A stretch of 59,851 bases of DNA from an uncultured Dehalococcoidales bacterium (GTDB lineage Bacteria; Chloroflexota; Dehalococcoidia; Dehalococcoidales; W111): contig CAZNSC010000002.1 in the NCBI GenBank assembly GCA_964575695.1, positions 1-59,851 on the forward strand, given 5' to 3'. Below, piece after piece: positions 1-9,545 of this stretch (position 1 is its first letter; the number at the start of each line of letters is the position of its first letter). The translations under genes and the position numbers were made by a program. Below the pieces are notes generated by a model. It had not been told where the DNA came from. It worked only from the letters and a program-made list of their open reading frames with translations, and did no database searches.

Positions 1-497
1 GCCTGATACTCCCCCTTACGGTCTCTAATCAGCGGTGCCAGGACCATAATCCGGCTGTTTGCCGGGAGTGCCTGGATGGCGTCAACAATCTGCTGCACCG
101 TCTGCATGGCAATCTCACGCCCGCACTTGGGGCAGTGGGGGTGACCGACCCGGGCGAAGAGTAGTCTCAGGTAATCGTAAATCTCGGTCACCGTGCCCAC
201 GGTAGACCGTGGATTGCGGCTCGGTCCCTTCTGGTCAATGGAGACCGCCGGGCTTAAGCCCTCAATGTAATCGACCTCGGGCTTCTCCATCCTGCCCAGA
301 AACTGACGAGCGTAGGCGGATAGAGATTCCACATAGCGGCGCTGTCCCTCGGCATAGATGGTATCAAAGGCTAGTGAGCTCTTCCCCGAGCCGGAGACCC
401 CGGTAATAACCACCAGCTTATCTCGAGGGATGGTGACATCAATGTTTTTGAGGTTGTGCTCCCGGGCCCCTTTGACAATTATTCTATCCAGCGGCAT
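1..497 (-). CDS. uvrA: Excinuclease ABC subunit A, N-terminal part (CDS runs off the left edge)
   Basis: Minus-strand translation from ATG (CAT at 495-497): [68 protein letters not shown]...HCPKCG. It has the Walker A motif and the UvrA Zn-finger. It is absent from the ORF track because there is no stop inside the window. Confidence 0.9.
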   Translation of the reverse strand, partial: MPLDRIIVKGAREHNLKNIDVTIPRDKLVVITGVSGSGKSSLAFDTIYAEGQRRYVESLSAYARQFLGRMEKPEVDYIEGLSPAVSIDQKGPSRNPRSTVGTVTEIYDYLRLLFARVGHPHCPKCGREIAMQTVQQIVDAIQALPANSRIMVLAPLIRDRKGEYQ

Positions 498-570
498 AGT
501 TCATTCATCCCCAAATTATTGTAGCACCAGACTTAGCGACCCCACAAGTCTATCCGCAGATTGGTACCGA

Positions 571-770
571 CCTCACCCCCTGTATCCCCCTCTCCTTTGA
601 AGGAGAGGGGAAGGTATTGAAAAGAGGGGCGAAGCCCCTCTTGGACACTCCGTTAAACCAATCTCCTTCAAGGGGGGGTATAGGTTTTGAATGGGTGAAG
701 CCCCTTCAAAGTTTCCTATGGTTTTATTCTGGGAGTAAGGAAAGTTAAAGAGAGGCTTCGCCTCTCTTAA
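571..770. repeat. Intergenic hairpin-repeat cluster 1: module A CCTCACCCCCTGTATCCCCCTCTCCTT-TGA-AAGGAGAGGGG, followed by three module-B hairpins of the type AAGAGGGGC-GAA-GCCCCTCTT
   Basis: Read directly from the sequence. The same two modules recur in at least 14 intergenic regions of this window. Confidence 0.85.
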
Positions 771-839
771 TATAACCAATTCCCCAATTGTCCTGTTGCC
801 GGTTACAGTGCTAAAATTGGGCAAGGAGTATCAGCTATC

Positions 840-1124
840 GTGCGCAAGGACAGATATCAGGCCAGCAGCACGCCAGCGGCGAACGAGCTACACCTTCGCC
901 GGCTCACTGTAGATGAAGCGCTGCTAAAGCTTGACCAGTACCTGAATGACGCCTTCATGGCGGGGCTATATGAGGTTAGGATAATCCATGGTAAAGGAAC
1001 GGGGACTCTGCGCCAGGCGGTTCGTGAATTGCTTGCCAAGCATCCTCTGGTCAAATCATACCGCCGGGGTGTTTATGGTGAGGGGGGTGCTGGGGTCACT
1101 ATGGTAGAACTGGCCCTGAAATAA
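840..1124 (+). CDS. Smr (small MutS-related) domain protein
   Basis: 94 aa with a GTG start. LHLRRLTVDEALLKLDQYLNDAFMAGLYEVRIIHGKGTGTLRQAVRELLAKHPLV is a typical Smr domain with the HGxG motif. Confidence 0.8.
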   Translation: MRKDRYQASSTPAANELHLRRLTVDEALLKLDQYLNDAFMAGLYEVRIIHGKGTGTLRQAVRELLAKHPLVKSYRRGVYGEGGAGVTMVELALK

Positions 1125-1225
1125 TTGTCAGCTCATCGGGATGTAAAAAGTCTAGGAAGGACTTAGCCCCTTTTTCGTAATCTTTCTTCTTCCCGTTTGG
1201 TAATATGAGTCTTTAATCGGGCCGT

Positions 1226-1400
1226 CTCAGAGGGGCTACTGCTCCTCTGAAAATAGATTTTTCCTTCCCCTCAAGGTCGTTTAGTAAAGGGATCAAAAGG
1301 GGGGAAGCCCCTTTAACAAAGTCTCTTCCCTCTCCCCTTATGAAGGGGAGAGGGATAAAGGGTGAGGGGTTGGTAAACAATCTCTCTCCCCTCGCTAATT
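1226..1400. repeat. Hairpin-repeat cluster 2: two module-B variants plus a module A in + orientation (CCCTCTCCCCTTATGAAGGGGAGAGGGATAAAGGGTGAGGGG)
   Basis: Sequence similarity to cluster 1, with inverted-repeat stems read directly. Confidence 0.8.
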
Positions 1401-1427
1401 GAAAGGATAACGGGTTTTAGCTATAAT
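1399..1427 (+). promoter_or_regulatory. Sigma-70-type promoter for the tRNA-His/tRNA-Arg pair (TTGAAA-17 nt-TATAAT)
   Basis: TTGAAA at 1399-1404 and TATAAT at 1422-1427, with a 17-nt spacer. The tRNA starts 20 nt downstream. Confidence 0.6.
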
Positions 1428-1447
1428 AACTATGCCTCTATGTTTAT

Positions 1448-1525
1448 GGTGAGTGTCGCCTAGTGGTTTAAGGCGCCAGGTTGTGGCCCTGGAGAGCGAG
1501 GGTTCGAATCCCTCCACTCACCCCA
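1448..1525 (+). tRNA. tRNA-His (anticodon GTG), with G-1 and encoded CCA
   Basis: Cloverleaf folded by hand. Acceptor stem GTGAGTG/CACTCAC with an extra 5' G pairing C73, anticodon loop TTGTGGC, T-arm GAGGG-TTCGAAT-CCCTC. Confidence 0.9.
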
Positions 1526-1529
1526 ACCT

Positions 1530-1605
1530 GCGCCTATAGCTCAGCGGACAGAGCATCGGTCTTCGGAACCGGGGGTCGTGGGTTCGAATCCCTCTAGGCG
1601 CGCCA
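1530..1605 (+). tRNA. tRNA-Arg (anticodon TCG), encoded CCA
   Basis: Acceptor GCGCCTA/TAGGCGC, D-arm GCTC-AGCGGACA-GAGC, anticodon stem TCGGT/ACCGG with loop CTTCGGA, T-loop TTCGAAT. There is one U-U mismatch in the T-stem. Confidence 0.85.
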
Positions 1606-1639
1606 CCACATCCGGGTTATCAGCCAGCCCGCCGGCTGA

Positions 1640-2329
1640 TCAAACTGGAATCCAGCGTTGGCGCAGGGTGGCAATGAAGTCTTTGACCTGTTGCTCCGTC
1701 CGGGACTTGGTCTTGTCGTAGTGGTCGTAGTGAACCATCTCCTCTCTGCTTCTCACCAGGCGGGGTTTGGGCTCGGTATCAGGATAGCCCACCGCCATCA
1801 TGTCATAAAACTCTAGTTCCCGGGGCACCCCGAGCAGGTCTTTGGCAAGACTTTGCACGTAGGGGGAACGAACGGCGGTGACCCATTGTGCCCCCAGACC
1901 GAGGCTGGTTGCTGCCAGGGTCATGTAAAGAAAAGCACTAGCCAGGCTGGAGTTGAAGATTGAAGTGCCGTGTTGCAGCGTAGTGCTGAGGGGATACGCA
2001 TCCTTGGTTCTGGTATCGCCGCAGAGGATGATGAACACCGGAGCCCGGACATAGCCAGGGGCTGCCCACTTGAACCTCAGCGCCGGCTCCCTGACAACTT
2101 CCATCTTGTGCAGCAGGTTATTATTTTCACTGATCAGCTCGATGATTCTGTCTTTCAGTTCCTGTTTCTTGATGACGATGAATTCCCAGGGTTGTGAGTT
2201 AGCCCCCGATGGTGCCCAGCGAGCCGCCTCAATGATCTTGTCCACATATTCATCGGGGATCGGCTCTGGCTTAAACTTACGGATGCTTCGCCTCTTTTTG
2301 ACCAGCTCCAGAAGACTCTCGTAATCCAT
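1640..2329 (-). CDS. Nitroreductase-family (FMN-dependent) oxidoreductase
   Basis: 229 aa. KKRRSIRKFKPEPIPDEYVDKIIEAARWAPSGANSQPWEFIVI is the nitroreductase N-terminal signature. Confidence 0.85.
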   Translation of the reverse strand: MDYESLLELVKKRRSIRKFKPEPIPDEYVDKIIEAARWAPSGANSQPWEFIVIKKQELKDRIIELISENNNLLHKMEVVREPALRFKWAAPGYVRAPVFIILCGDTRTKDAYPLSTTLQHGTSIFNSSLASAFLYMTLAATSLGLGAQWVTAVRSPYVQSLAKDLLGVPRELEFYDMMAVGYPDTEPKPRLVRSREEMVHYDHYDKTKSRTEQQVKDFIATLRQRWIPV

Positions 2330-2748
2330 GGCAACCTCCTTTTGTATAACTCAGTTCATTGAATTCATAGTATAACAAAATCATAGCTCTGTAAAAGTCA
2401 CAGGCCACCTTACTCATTTTGGCCTGGCCTGTCCTTCAGCCGCAGGCCGGTAATGGCCTCCGGCTAATGTCATAAATTTGTAACTTATTTCCAGGCCATT
2501 TTATGACTTCTTCATTTGCTGACGCGTATAATAGATGGAGTCCCATATTTATGTGAGTTATAGGAGATGTTGTTGCCTGGTTATGACAGGGCTAATATTA
2601 TTGGCTGTCATGCGTAATCAAAGCGAGGCTGCTTCCAGAATAGATGGAGTGCTTCTTGTCAATAAGCGGCTTCCAGCCAAGGGTGAGCGCAATTCGCATA
2701 ATGCCGACAGTCCGACTGTGAAAAACGCAGGACGAGGAGGTTAGTGCC

Positions 2749-3894
2749 ATGCCTAAGAAATTAAAAATCTCTTTTATGGTATTTCTAATAGTTCTGGCAG
2801 TCTCCATAGCCTTTACGGCTGGCTGCGTGACGGGCAGTGGCCCTGCCCAGAGCGAAAATGCCGGCCTAGAAGTGATTGACCAGGCCTGGAATGCCATTTA
2901 CCAGAACTATGTAGACCCGGCCAAGCTTGACTCAACTACCCTCAGCCGTGGAGCCGTAAAAGGTATGATGGACGCCTTGAACGACCCTTATTCAGCCTAT
3001 CTTGACCCGGAAACGTATAGACTGTTTCAGAGTAACCTCCAGGGAAAATTCGAAGGAATAGGAGCTGAGGTAGCCCTGAATAATGACAATAGACCCGTGA
3101 TTATTGCCCCTTTAGAGAACTCACCGGCATTTAAAGCGGGCTTGAAGACTGGTGACGTTATCCTGGCAATCAATGGTGAACCGACAGACGGAATGAGCCT
3201 GCTCGAGGCAGTCTTGAATATTCGCGGGCCGGCAGGGACTACGGTTAGACTGACCATTATCCATCAGGGTGAAACGGCACCGGTGGATATTGAGATAGTC
3301 CGGGCTCAAATCAACGCGTCCTCCGTGAGCTGGGAGATGAGAGGGGATATAGCCTATATCCGGATTTCCCAGTTTGGCGAGTATACAAACGATGAGCTTG
3401 ATAACGCCTTGCAGTCAATCGACCTGAAGAATACCACCGGCATTATCCTGGACTTGCGCAGCAATCCGGGAGGACTGGTAACCGCAGTGGTGGATGTTGC
3501 CAGCCATTTCCTGAAGGAGGGTGTGGTAATAACCCTCGTAGACAACAAGGGGAACCGCACCTCTGATTCTGTACGCCCCAACGGCGTTTTTACGGACTTA
3601 CCCATGGTCGTCCTGGTAGACCAGTACAGCGCTAGCGGCAGCGAAGTCCTGACCGGTGCCCTGCGCGATTACAAACGGGCGACTATAGCCGGCACCAAAA
3701 CTTTCGGCAAAGGTAGCTATGATATAGATATACCCCTTCGGGATGGTTCTGATATTTACCTGACTGTTGGGCGCTGGCTGACGCCGAATGGTCAACTGAT
3801 AGAAGGGCAAGGAATAGAGCCGGATTACGTCCTCACCGTTACTGGCGACGCCGAAATCCAGTGGGCAATTGATTTCTTGGAGACGCCGAAATAG
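2749..3894 (+). CDS. ctpA: S41-family C-terminal processing (tail-specific) peptidase with a PDZ domain
   Basis: 381 aa. It has a signal/anchor sequence, a PDZ-like segment (GIGAEV...IIAPLENSPAFKAGLKTGDVILAING), LDLRSNPGG, and a catalytic-Ser region (SASGSEVLTGAL). Confidence 0.9.
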   Translation: MPKKLKISFMVFLIVLAVSIAFTAGCVTGSGPAQSENAGLEVIDQAWNAIYQNYVDPAKLDSTTLSRGAVKGMMDALNDPYSAYLDPETYRLFQSNLQGKFEGIGAEVALNNDNRPVIIAPLENSPAFKAGLKTGDVILAINGEPTDGMSLLEAVLNIRGPAGTTVRLTIIHQGETAPVDIEIVRAQINASSVSWEMRGDIAYIRISQFGEYTNDELDNALQSIDLKNTTGIILDLRSNPGGLVTAVVDVASHFLKEGVVITLVDNKGNRTSDSVRPNGVFTDLPMVVLVDQYSASGSEVLTGALRDYKRATIAGTKTFGKGSYDIDIPLRDGSDIYLTVGRWLTPNGQLIEGQGIEPDYVLTVTGDAEIQWAIDFLETPK

Positions 3895-4010
3895 CAGTCT
3901 TGTCGGACTTATATGGAATTCTGTTATCATTGGGGAATAGACATTCTTAAAGGCAATAATTCACGAAATCAATTACAGGAAGCGGGCCCAAGACACGGAA
4001 GAGATAAAGA

Positions 4011-5414
4011 ATGACAGACCAGGCAAGGAATAATGTCAGTAAGACCGCCGTATTAATAATAGCCGGCATGAGCTCTTTCCTTACCCCGTTCACCGCATCT
4101 TCGGTAAATATTGCCCTCCCCTCGATTGACCAGGAGCTATTATTGGATGCGGTGGCGTTAAGCTGGGTAGCAACTGCGTACCTCCTGGCGGCGGCGGCCT
4201 TTCTTGTGCCCTTTGGGCGAATTGCTGATATTTATGGCCGGAAGAGGATTTTTTTGTTCGGCATCACTATTGATGCCGTTGCCTCTATACTCTGTGTTGC
4301 TTCACACTCCGGCACCTGGCTTATTGTTTTTCGGGCCGTGCAGGGGCTGGGTGGCGCCATGATATTTGGCACGGGTGTCGCTATTCTGACCTCAGTTTTC
4401 CCCGTTCAGGAGCGAGGCCGGGCTCTGGGTATAAATGTGGCGGCAGTCTACGCCGGCCTCTCGGTGGGGCCGCTTATCGGCGGCTTTCTCACCGAGCACC
4501 TGGGCTGGAGAAGCATCTTTCTCCTCAATGCCTTCCTGGGACTGATAGTTATCATCGCCGTTCTGTGGAAACTGAGGGGAGAGTGGGCAGGAGCCAGGGG
4601 GGAAAAGGTTGATTATATTGGTGCCATAATTTATTGCCTGGCACTGGTGGCCATAATATACGGTTTTTCCGAGTTGCCGGCGCTAACAGGAGTCTGGTTA
4701 GTCTTGGCCGGTGTCGCGGGGATTGTGGGTTTCATCAGATGGGAGGCTGGGACTGACTACCCCGTGCTCAACATCGCCTTTTTCCGGGATAATACCGTTT
4801 TCAGATTCTCGAATCTGGCGGCCCTGATTAACTATAGCGCCACGTTTGCGGTCGCTTTCCTCTTAAGTCTTTATCTGCAATACATAAAAGGCTTTAGCCC
4901 AGAGCACGCCGGTCTGATTCTGGTGGCTCAGCCCGTGATAATGGTTATCTGCTCTCCGATTGCGGGCAGCCTCTCTGACAGAGTTGAGCCGGGCCTCATA
5001 GCCTCCACAGGAATGGCCATGACGACTGCGGGTCTTGTTATGCTCGTTTTCCTGAGAGGTAATACCGGACTCGCATTTATTCTAATCAGTCTGGTTGTTC
5101 TGGGTCTAGGGTTTGGTCTCTTCTCGTCACCCAATACCAATGCGGTGATGTCATCAGTGGACAAGAGATTCTACGGGGTAGCCTCGGGTATGCTGGGCAC
5201 TATGAGGCTGACCGGCCAGATGTTCAGCATGGCAATGACCTTGCTGCTCTTCGCCCTCTACATAGGGAGGGTGCAGATAACCCCCGAATACTACCCGCTT
5301 TTCTTAACGAGCATGAAAACAGCATTTATCATCTCGGCGGCTCTTTGTTTTGCCGGTATTTTTGCCTCAATCGCCAGAGGCAAAACACATGGATTATCTT
5401 CAAGCAGAGGCTAG
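4011..5414 (+). CDS. MFS transporter (DHA2/EmrB-like, about 14 TM)
   Basis: 467 aa and highly hydrophobic. It carries the MFS motif GRIADIYGRKRIF. Confidence 0.85.
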   Translation: MTDQARNNVSKTAVLIIAGMSSFLTPFTASSVNIALPSIDQELLLDAVALSWVATAYLLAAAAFLVPFGRIADIYGRKRIFLFGITIDAVASILCVASHSGTWLIVFRAVQGLGGAMIFGTGVAILTSVFPVQERGRALGINVAAVYAGLSVGPLIGGFLTEHLGWRSIFLLNAFLGLIVIIAVLWKLRGEWAGARGEKVDYIGAIIYCLALVAIIYGFSELPALTGVWLVLAGVAGIVGFIRWEAGTDYPVLNIAFFRDNTVFRFSNLAALINYSATFAVAFLLSLYLQYIKGFSPEHAGLILVAQPVIMVICSPIAGSLSDRVEPGLIASTGMAMTTAGLVMLVFLRGNTGLAFILISLVVLGLGFGLFSSPNTNAVMSSVDKRFYGVASGMLGTMRLTGQMFSMAMTLLLFALYIGRVQITPEYYPLFLTSMKTAFIISAALCFAGIFASIARGKTHGLSSSRG

Positions 5415-5479
5415 GTCAGCTTCACAGGGCATCAAATTGAGTACGGAGAGCCCAGCGGCGCGCAGATTTCAGATGAGCA

Positions 5480-7150
5480 TTATTTCTGGATGCTCACCTT
5501 GTTTAGCAGTGGATAACCAAGCGGACTCAGCGCGTAGCCTTTGACGTAGGGCTTGACCAGAACATAGTTGCGGTTGAAAAACAGCGGCAGCACGGCGGCA
5601 TCCTGGACTATTATTTGTTCGGCCTCCCGGTACATGTTTAAGCGGGAATCCGGATTCTGCTCAATAGCTGCTTTGTCCAGCAATGAGTCCAGCTGCGGAT
5701 TGCTGTAGTCACCGGCGTTGTTCTGGGCGCCGGTGCGGAACAGTATGTCCAGGAAGTCCTGGGGGTCGGGGTAATCAGCAATCCAACCGGTAACATACAG
5801 CTCATTTTTCTCCTGGTTCAACGAATAAACGAAGGCTTCCGGCTCAAGCTGCCTCACCGTTACCTCAACACCCAGGTTGCGCCGCCATTCTTCGATAACG
5901 CCGCCGAGCATGCCCGAGATATTCCCGCCCCAGCCGGATGTGGTCAGGACGATGGGCGGCAGCTGGGACACATCGCCGTATTTTGAGGCGGCAATAAGCC
6001 CTTTCGCTTTCTCAGGGTCGAAACGCAGCCCCTGGAGGCTTGCGTTGTAACCGGGCATGCCGGGAGGCAGGATGCCGTATGCCGTAGCGACCGTATCCTG
6101 AGTGGACAGGTTTATCAGCCGCTCCCTGTCCACCGCATAGGAGAATGCCTGCCGGATCCTCACGTCATCAAAGGGTGGCACCGAGGTGTTAAAACCGATA
6201 TAAAACAGGCTTAACTCCGGGTAAATATTCAGTTCCTTGGAAACGGGGTTGCTCGGGTCCGTAACCAGTCCCGTGTAGGCAGCACCGACAAAAGACACGT
6301 CAATACTCCCTTCCTGGTATAACTGTAAAGGGTTGCCGCTGAAGAGATGGAATACCACTTCACTCAGCCGGGCCTTCTCCCCGTAGTAGTTCTCGTTGCG
6401 TTCAAGCACCAGTAACTGGTCTTTCTGCCACTGTCTCAGCCGGAACGGCCCGGTACCGTTCGGGTGCTGCCACCATGAGCTGCCCGACTCAACGTTTGCC
6501 CTGTCGACAACGAAAGCGGTGGGATAGGCCATCTTGTCCAGAAAATAGGCCTTAGGAGCATCGATGGTGACCTCGATGGTGTAATCGTCCAATGCCCTGA
6601 CGCCGCTTAGCTGCGTTGCTTTGCCGGACAGCACATCCGCCGCCCCCACGATATCGTTCAGGTACGTTCCCGCCGTCAGGGAGCCGGTGGCCGGGCTCAA
6701 AGCCCGCTCCCAGGAATACTTGAAGTCGGATGCCTTGACCGGCTTACCGTCTTGGAACACGGCGTCCCGGCGCAGATGGAAGGTGAATGTCCGGCCATCC
6801 ACGCTCTTTTCCCAGCTCTGGGCAATGTCCGGAGCTATCTGGAGGTTCTCATCCAGCCGTACCAGTCCGCTGAACAACTGGAAGATGTACATTGCCGACG
6901 ATGCTTCTGTTGCTGTGGCCGGGTCCAGGGTGATAGGCCCCGTGTCAGCCAGATTAAGAGTACCCTGACCGCCGGGTTGAGGTGTCGGCGAAGGTGTCGG
7001 CGAAGGTGTCGGCGAGGGTGCCGGAGTGCCGCCAGTACAGGCTGTCACCGTCGAAGCCAGCAAGGCCAGACCCAGGATGAGCAGGAGAAGTCTCTTGCCC
7101 ACTTTCCTAAAAACCGGTGAACGATTCAAAGCCGTCTCCTGGTGTTTCAT
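5480..7150 (-). CDS. ABC-transporter substrate-binding lipoprotein, family 5 (peptide/nickel type)
   Basis: 556 aa. It has a signal peptide with lipobox VTAC, a PSPTPSPTPSPTP linker and a family-5 SBP body. It is a paralogue of 45638-47248. Confidence 0.85.
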   Translation of the reverse strand: MKHQETALNRSPVFRKVGKRLLLLILGLALLASTVTACTGGTPAPSPTPSPTPSPTPQPGGQGTLNLADTGPITLDPATATEASSAMYIFQLFSGLVRLDENLQIAPDIAQSWEKSVDGRTFTFHLRRDAVFQDGKPVKASDFKYSWERALSPATGSLTAGTYLNDIVGAADVLSGKATQLSGVRALDDYTIEVTIDAPKAYFLDKMAYPTAFVVDRANVESGSSWWQHPNGTGPFRLRQWQKDQLLVLERNENYYGEKARLSEVVFHLFSGNPLQLYQEGSIDVSFVGAAYTGLVTDPSNPVSKELNIYPELSLFYIGFNTSVPPFDDVRIRQAFSYAVDRERLINLSTQDTVATAYGILPPGMPGYNASLQGLRFDPEKAKGLIAASKYGDVSQLPPIVLTTSGWGGNISGMLGGVIEEWRRNLGVEVTVRQLEPEAFVYSLNQEKNELYVTGWIADYPDPQDFLDILFRTGAQNNAGDYSNPQLDSLLDKAAIEQNPDSRLNMYREAEQIIVQDAAVLPLFFNRNYVLVKPYVKGYALSPLGYPLLNKVSIQK

Positions 7151-7199
7151 TAATCCCTTGTTTCAATAGTCATATCAGTCCAATAGGTATCAACAAAGG

Positions 7200-8369
7200 C
7201 TATGGCGAGACCAGCAACAGTAGTGGCTCTAGTGATAGGTCGGAGGCGGTCCTGAGCCCCAGGCTCTGCCGCCACAGGGCATCCAGACCATCCTGGTCAA
7301 AGCCATATACCTGCTGTAGCGCCTCGTCGTAGCCGCTTCCCTGGTGAAACACTGCCAGCAACTGGTTCATCTTGTCGCTGCCGTACTTCTGAATGAGAAA
7401 TGTCACGATGCTGTTGCTCTCGCCGTAGGATATTAAAGCCTCTTCAGGTACCGCCGAGAAAGGGCTGGAAAGGCTGCGGACGGAAATCAACTGATTGTTC
7501 TGTATCGCATAATTGAGCGCGGATGCATAGTCAGGGGATAGAGTGCCTTCACCGTAAGTTGCCAGGCCTTCGTCGAGCCACACGGGCAGGTCGGCGCCGT
7601 AGTTGTTGAAGGTTATCTGGTGCACAATCCAGTGCGTCAGCTCGTGAGGGACAGCCCGCTGACCGTAGGCTAAGTCGCTTGTGGCGACGCCAATAGCAAT
7701 AATATCATAGCCGGTGAAGGTGACGCCGCCTTCCCACTGTGGTGTGAAAAGCTGAGCGCCCTGCAAATCCTGAGCACTGGCATAAATATAGATGCGGACA
7801 TTCCCCTGAGGCACGGCACCCGTGTCATTCTCGATTCTCTGTAAGCCATCCTGAGCAGCGGCCATCAGCGCATCAGCGAAGGCACGGTCCCCCTTGTACC
7901 ACAGCAGCGTCACCGGGGCCATGGTGATGGACTGCCACTCATATCTGTCATCATCGAAAGAGACCGCGGCGCGGTCTGTCTCCCCGCTTTTGCCTGCCGC
8001 ATCCTCGGCTGTCCACCAGTATTCCACCTGAGCCCCGGGGGGCAGGCTGCTTTTTCTCATATCCCAGAGCCACTGTGTCTCTACCGACGGCGCCGGATTG
8101 AACTGCGGCCAGCCCTCGCTGACCACGCTGGCGAAATTCTGGCGGTCCACGATGTAGTGCAATCTGAGCTTAACTATGTTGGCGTCGCTCTGCGCTTTTA
8201 CCCCAAACGACATGGAGTTCGGAAACGAAATCTGGACCGAGCTGCTCAGGGTAATGCCGGATGCTGCTGACACCGGCAGGTGAAGGGCCAACGCAAGGGG
8301 AGCAATGGCCATTACTGCCAGCAGTGTACATACCAGGATTTTGCTCAACGGTGCCGTAAGTCGTTTCAT
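7200..8369 (-). CDS. Secreted zinc metallopeptidase, MA-clan (HExxH) family
   Basis: 389 aa. It has an N-terminal signal peptide and HELTHWIVH...WLDEGLATY (HExxH plus a downstream Glu). It is a close paralogue of 41828-43036. Confidence 0.75.
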   Translation of the reverse strand: MKRLTAPLSKILVCTLLAVMAIAPLALALHLPVSAASGITLSSSVQISFPNSMSFGVKAQSDANIVKLRLHYIVDRQNFASVVSEGWPQFNPAPSVETQWLWDMRKSSLPPGAQVEYWWTAEDAAGKSGETDRAAVSFDDDRYEWQSITMAPVTLLWYKGDRAFADALMAAAQDGLQRIENDTGAVPQGNVRIYIYASAQDLQGAQLFTPQWEGGVTFTGYDIIAIGVATSDLAYGQRAVPHELTHWIVHQITFNNYGADLPVWLDEGLATYGEGTLSPDYASALNYAIQNNQLISVRSLSSPFSAVPEEALISYGESNSIVTFLIQKYGSDKMNQLLAVFHQGSGYDEALQQVYGFDQDGLDALWRQSLGLRTASDLSLEPLLLLVSP

Positions 8370-8498
8370 CCAAATTCTCCGACGATTATGAATTTGGGGA
8401 GCTACCCCCCCCGAATCACGGGCATGCGTCTCCGGTACTTTATGCTGTTGCCCGTACCTTCTTGAGCAGATAAACTACCGGGACTGAAGATAAACCTA

Positions 8499-8720
8499 TC
8501 ACCACCTGCCCATACCCGGCCAGTACATTCGGAACCCGGCTCCGGTGATAGCAACAATGATAGCAAACACCACCGCGCCAATGAAAGCAGCTAGAAAAGA
8601 CCATTTGGCGATATCTTCTAGCTCCTCCCCTCTTCCCAGGAAAACCCAGAAAGTGATGACACCTGCTGGTGGGAAGAAGAATGACATGATGTATACCAGA
8701 TATTTAACCCAACCTGACAT
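8499..8720 (-). CDS. Small membrane protein (2 TM), function unknown
   Basis: 73-aa ORF with two hydrophobic helices. I recognise no family. Confidence 0.5.
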   Translation of the reverse strand: MSGWVKYLVYIMSFFFPPAGVITFWVFLGRGEELEDIAKWSFLAAFIGAVVFAIIVAITGAGFRMYWPGMGRW

Positions 8721-9048
8721 CTTAAGCCTCCTTAATGGTTTATATTTTCCTCCAAAAATTCCAATTAAAAATTTAGCAGGCAGAAACTCAAATAGTCATA
8801 AAACTAGCCCGCAAAACATTACAAATTTGTAACATTTTGTGCTTTACCAGAGACAATAAGTTACGGACTCCAGTTCATCCCTTTCCGAGGGGAAATTTAT
8901 CAAAGAAGGCGGGCGAAGCTCCTTTGAATCTCCTTACGGAACAATTCCGGGTGAGACAATAGACGACCAGTTGACGGCGGGCAGCCGTAGCACTACAATC
9001 GTATGTGTTCATAGCTCAGCTAGAACCTTGTTTAAAAGGAGAAGGCTT

Positions 9049-9543
9049 ATGATTCGTGAGTGCTGGCCGCAGGATACCGACCGGATATATTCCATCATCA
9101 ATGAGGCTGCCAAAGCCTATGACGGCGTTATTCCGGCTGACTGCTATCATCAGCCGTATATGCCGATGGATGAACTCCAGCGCGAGATGAAGCGCATGAC
9201 CTTCTTTGGCTGGGAGGTGAACGGGGAGCTTGTCGGGGTCATGGGGGCTGAGCCGATTAAAGATGCAACCCTTATCCGCCATGCCTATGTGTTACCCCAA
9301 TGGCAGAGGCAGGGGATAGGCAGTGAGCTCTTAGAGCACCTCAAGGGTCTGGTTACCACTTCTCGGCTGCTCGTGGGGACATGGGCTGATGCCTGGTGGG
9401 CGATTGACCTTTACAAGAAGCACGGCTTCAGCCTCATGGCCAACAAGGATGAACTGCTGGAGACCTACTGGGATGTTCCCCGGCGCCAGATTGAAACCTC
9501 GGTGGTCTTAGGCGTAGATATAACGCAAAGGAGGAACAGGTGA
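9049..9543 (+). CDS. GNAT-family N-acetyltransferase
   Basis: The ORF track starts at 8971, but AAGGAG precedes the ATG at 9049 (MIRECWPQD...). The acetyl-CoA motif is QWQRQGIGSELLEH. Confidence 0.8.
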   Translation: MIRECWPQDTDRIYSIINEAAKAYDGVIPADCYHQPYMPMDELQREMKRMTFFGWEVNGELVGVMGAEPIKDATLIRHAYVLPQWQRQGIGSELLEHLKGLVTTSRLLVGTWADAWWAIDLYKKHGFSLMANKDELLETYWDVPRRQIETSVVLGVDITQRRNR

Positions 9544-9545
9544 GA

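Noticed and set aside
573-824. ORF-track ORFs lying on the repeat clusters (for example 573-824, 27760-28011, 49796-49984 and 45417-45620) could be read as small proteins.
   Set aside because: Their 'peptides' (KRGEAPLL, GASPLF, PLLQRRG and similar) are simply translations of the hairpin modules in whichever frame happens to be open. There is no consistent frame or start context.
2520-2748. A riboswitch or leader RNA upstream of ctpA was considered. The region is a long 5' region with hairpins such as ATGACAG...CTGTCAT, plus several GGCC-rich hairpins at 2401-2470.
   Set aside because: I could recognise no motif of any riboswitch class. It may simply be a divergent promoter region. It would need an Rfam scan.
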